From positions 1,479-65,478 of the forward strand of contig CAVCKM010000094.1 of assembly GCA_963602765.1 (NCBI GenBank): 64,000 bases of DNA. Reading direction: 5' to 3'. The DNA is from Alistipes putredinis. Lineage in GTDB: Bacteria; Bacteroidota; Bacteroidia; Bacteroidales; Bacteroidaceae. Positions 61,355 to 64,000 of the stretch are shown piece by piece. A program made the translations under genes and the position numbers. The notes under the pieces are model-generated. The model was not told the DNA's origin, searched no databases, and saw nothing but the letters and a program-made list of their open reading frames with translations. Positions within the stretch are counted from its first letter, which is position 1; each line of letters opens with the position of its first letter.

Positions 61355-62959
61355 ATGGCACAGACCAAGTACATCTTCGTAACGGGCGGTGTAGTATCAT
61401 CGCTGGGTAAAGGAATCATTTCTTCTTCCATCGGCAAACTGCTGCAGGCAAGAGGCTACAGTATCACAATACAGAAGTTTGACCCTTACATCAATATCGA
61501 CCCTGGTACGTTGAATCCATACGAGCACGGAGAGTGCTACGTGACCGTGGACGGAATGGAAACTGACTTGGACCTTGGACACTACGAGCGTTTCACAGGT
61601 ATACAGACTACCAAGGCCAACTCCATGACTACCGGCAGAATTTACAAGGCCGTAATCGATAAGGAACGCCGTGGCGACTATCTGGGCAAGACTATTCAAG
61701 TAGTTCCTCATATAACTGACGAAATAAAGCGCAGTATCAAGTACTTAGGACAGAAGGGTAAGTACGACTTCGTCATCACGGAGATTGGCGGTACCATCGG
61801 CGACATTGAGAGTGCCCCGTTCCTGGAGGCAATACGCCAGTTGCGTTGGGAACTCGGACACAACGCCATCAACGTGCACCTAACATACGTCCCTTACCTG
61901 AGAGCTGCCGGCGAGCTGAAGACGAAACCTACGCAGCACTCCGTGAAGGAACTGCAGTCTGTCGGCATCCAGCCCGATATCCTCGTGCTCCGCACAGAGA
62001 AGCACCTCTCAGACGGCGTGCGCCAGAAGGTAGCTTCCTTCTGTAACGTAGACCTCGAGTGCGTGGTGCAGAGCGAAGACCTGCCTAGCATTTATGAGGT
62101 GCCAGTGAGCATGCAGCAGCAGGGACTCGACGCTGCTATTCTGCGCAAGATGGACATCCCTGTAGGCGAGACTCCTGCCCTCGGACCTTGGCGCAGCTAT
62201 CTCGAGCGCCGCAGCAAAGCTACTGAGGAAATCAAAATTGGTCTCGTCGGCAAGTACGACCTGCAGGATGCCTACAAGTCTATCCGCGAGTCGCTACTCC
62301 ACGCCGGAGTGTACAACGACCGCAAGACGGTTATCACGTTTATCAACTCTGAGAATATTACCGAAGAGAACGTGGCTGAAATGCTTGCAGGTCAGGACGG
62401 TATAATGATTTGCCCAGGATTCGGTTCACGCGGTATTGAAGGAAAAATCATAGCTGCACGCTACACCCGAGAGAACGACATCCCGACCTTCGGTATCTGT
62501 CTTGGAATGCAGATGATGGTGATAGAGTTTGCACGTAACGTGCTGGGCTACAAGGATGCCAACTCACGTGAGATGGACGCAAAGACCGTCCATAACGTCA
62601 TCGATATCATGGAGGACCAGAAGAACATCTCCAATATGGGCGGCACGATGCGTCTCGGCGCATACGACTGCATGCTGAGAGAAGGCTCGCGTACGTACGA
62701 TATTTATAAGGAACAGAACATACAGGAGCGCCACCGCCACCGTTATGAGTTCAACAACGCCTTCATCAACGAGTACGAGAAGAACGGCATGATGTGCGTG
62801 GGTACAAACCCGGACAGCAACCTGGTGGAGATTGTGGAAATCCCTAACCTGAAATGGTACATCGGAACACAGTTCCACCCAGAGTACCAAAGCACCGTGC
62901 TCAAACCACACCCTCTCTTCCTCGACTTCATAAGGACAGTAAAAGAAAACAAGAAATAA
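61355..62959 (+). CDS. pyrG: CTP synthase
   Basis: KYIFVTGGVVSSLGKG N-terminus and glutamine amidotransferase domain (GICLGMQ, HRHRYE). Confidence 0.95.
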   Translation: MAQTKYIFVTGGVVSSLGKGIISSSIGKLLQARGYSITIQKFDPYINIDPGTLNPYEHGECYVTVDGMETDLDLGHYERFTGIQTTKANSMTTGRIYKAVIDKERRGDYLGKTIQVVPHITDEIKRSIKYLGQKGKYDFVITEIGGTIGDIESAPFLEAIRQLRWELGHNAINVHLTYVPYLRAAGELKTKPTQHSVKELQSVGIQPDILVLRTEKHLSDGVRQKVASFCNVDLECVVQSEDLPSIYEVPVSMQQQGLDAAILRKMDIPVGETPALGPWRSYLERRSKATEEIKIGLVGKYDLQDAYKSIRESLLHAGVYNDRKTVITFINSENITEENVAEMLAGQDGIMICPGFGSRGIEGKIIAARYTRENDIPTFGICLGMQMMVIEFARNVLGYKDANSREMDAKTVHNVIDIMEDQKNISNMGGTMRLGAYDCMLREGSRTYDIYKEQNIQERHRHRYEFNNAFINEYEKNGMMCVGTNPDSNLVEIVEIPNLKWYIGTQFHPEYQSTVLKPHPLFLDFIRTVKENKK

Positions 62960-62977
62960 ACAAACAACATTTTCAAC

Positions 62978-64000
62978 GTGGATAAAAACACCATCATTGG
63001 TTTTACGCTCATCGCAGCGGTCCTCTTCGGATTCTCCTGGTACAACCAGCCCTCCCAAGAGGAAATGGAAGCTAAGCGCATCAGTGACTCAATCGAAAAC
63101 GTTACGCGCCAAAAGGCTGAACAACAGCGACAAGTTGCCGAAGCACAGCGCAAAGCGAAAGCGGCAGAGGCTGCTATAGCCGATACGACAGCACTGTTCC
63201 ACTCCGCTCTTCAAGGACAAGCACAGAACGTAGTCCTGCAGAACGATAAAGTGGCTCTCACTATCTCCACGCATGGCGCAACGGTAAACAAGGCTGTCAT
63301 AAAGGGATATGAGGACATCAACGGAAATCCCGATGTAGTGCTCTTCGAGGGAAACGACCAAAAGCTGAACTACACCCTCGCGGCAAAGGAGGCAAACATC
63401 TCTACCGCCGACCTTTATTTCACCATAGCGGCAAAGACGGCAAACTCCGTCTCGCTCGTTGCTGAGGCTGCACCAGGCAAGACTATCGCCATCGACTATA
63501 AGCTCGGAGAGGACTACCTGCTGCACTGCTCCATAGCAGCAAAGGGAATGGCAGGACTCTTCTCGCCAAACACACAGACGATGGATGTCAACTGGCAGGA
63601 GAACTGTAAGCAGCAGGAGAAGGGCTTCACCTTCGAAAACCGCTATGCGTCTCTCACTTACCATTTCACAGATGGCGGAACGGACTATCTGACCGAGACG
63701 AGCGAGATAAAGAACGAGACCATAGACGAACCCATTGACTGGGTGGCATTCAAAAACCAGTTCTTCTCGGCTGTGATGATTGCAAAGGACGGGTACGGAA
63801 AGGATGTCTCCCTCACAAGTGTACCTCAGGAGAAGGGCAACGGGTACCTGAAGTACTACGAAGCAAAACTGAAGGCCAACTTCGACCCCACGGGCGTTAC
63901 GCCGACAGAGTTTGAGTTCTACTACGGACCGAACGACTTCCGTCTCCTACAGACCATGGAGGACAAGTCTTCCTTCGGAAAGGACCTCGAACTGGAGCGT
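62978..64000 (+). CDS. yidC: Membrane protein insertase YidC, N-terminal part (3' end lies outside the window)
   Basis: Absent from the ORF track because it has no stop in the window. My own translation from GTG 62978 gives (M)DKNTIIGFTLIAAVLFGFSWYNQP..., a TM helix then the periplasmic domain (FKNQFFSAVMIAK, FEFYYGPNDFRLL), open to nt 64000. Confidence 0.75.
   Translation, partial: MDKNTIIGFTLIAAVLFGFSWYNQPSQEEMEAKRISDSIENVTRQKAEQQRQVAEAQRKAKAAEAAIADTTALFHSALQGQAQNVVLQNDKVALTISTHGATVNKAVIKGYEDINGNPDVVLFEGNDQKLNYTLAAKEANISTADLYFTIAAKTANSVSLVAEAAPGKTIAIDYKLGEDYLLHCSIAAKGMAGLFSPNTQTMDVNWQENCKQQEKGFTFENRYASLTYHFTDGGTDYLTETSEIKNETIDEPIDWVAFKNQFFSAVMIAKDGYGKDVSLTSVPQEKGNGYLKYYEAKLKANFDPTGVTPTEFEFYYGPNDFRLLQTMEDKSSFGKDLELER

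Noticed and set aside
61176-61400. 74-aa ORF on the - strand in the pyrG upstream region
   Set aside because: It overlaps the pyrG start and promoter, is hydrophobic and low-complexity, and has no upstream promoter box.

Overview
This window looks like ordinary core chromosome from a Bacteroidota genome, probably Prevotella or another Bacteroidales member. Evidence for that placement: TAnnTTTG -7 promoter boxes, an LpxC/FabZ fusion, and DUF1573/DUF3078 proteins. I call 48 protein-coding genes, and nearly all are recognisable housekeeping functions. They cover LPS/lipid A and Kdo synthesis (lpxA, lpxC-fabZ, lpxD, kdsA, kdsD, an LptD-like protein) and DNA repair (mfd, umuDC, rarA, an AddAB-like helicase-nuclease pair, ruvC, a Pif1-like helicase). 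They also cover nucleotide metabolism (pyrC, pyrF, pyrG, purM-like, nrdDG), translation and RNA modification (prfA, ettA, rsmG, miaA), and the stringent response (a RelA-type RSH). The remainder includes PBP1A, aroC, yidC and a putative metal-efflux operon. I found no rRNA, tRNA, CRISPR array, transposase, integrase, phage gene or recognisable defence system, and no convincing novel multi-gene system. The most unusual feature is a 542-bp non-coding cassette at 52299-52840. It is bounded by 34-bp inverted repeats and contains two kinds of tandem repeat; I read it as MITE-like or inverton-like. Other points worth a second look are a three-segment alternative-hairpin leader upstream of nrdDG, a promoter-plus-terminator-bounded candidate sRNA at about 39582-39800, a ThiD-like/AraC fusion regulator, and an HMA-AraC plus permease-HMA metal operon. 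Several short phased intergenic repeats are also noted. Many long ORFs in the six-frame track are antisense shadows of real genes and were rejected. All product calls rest on my recognition of motifs and families, not on database searches.
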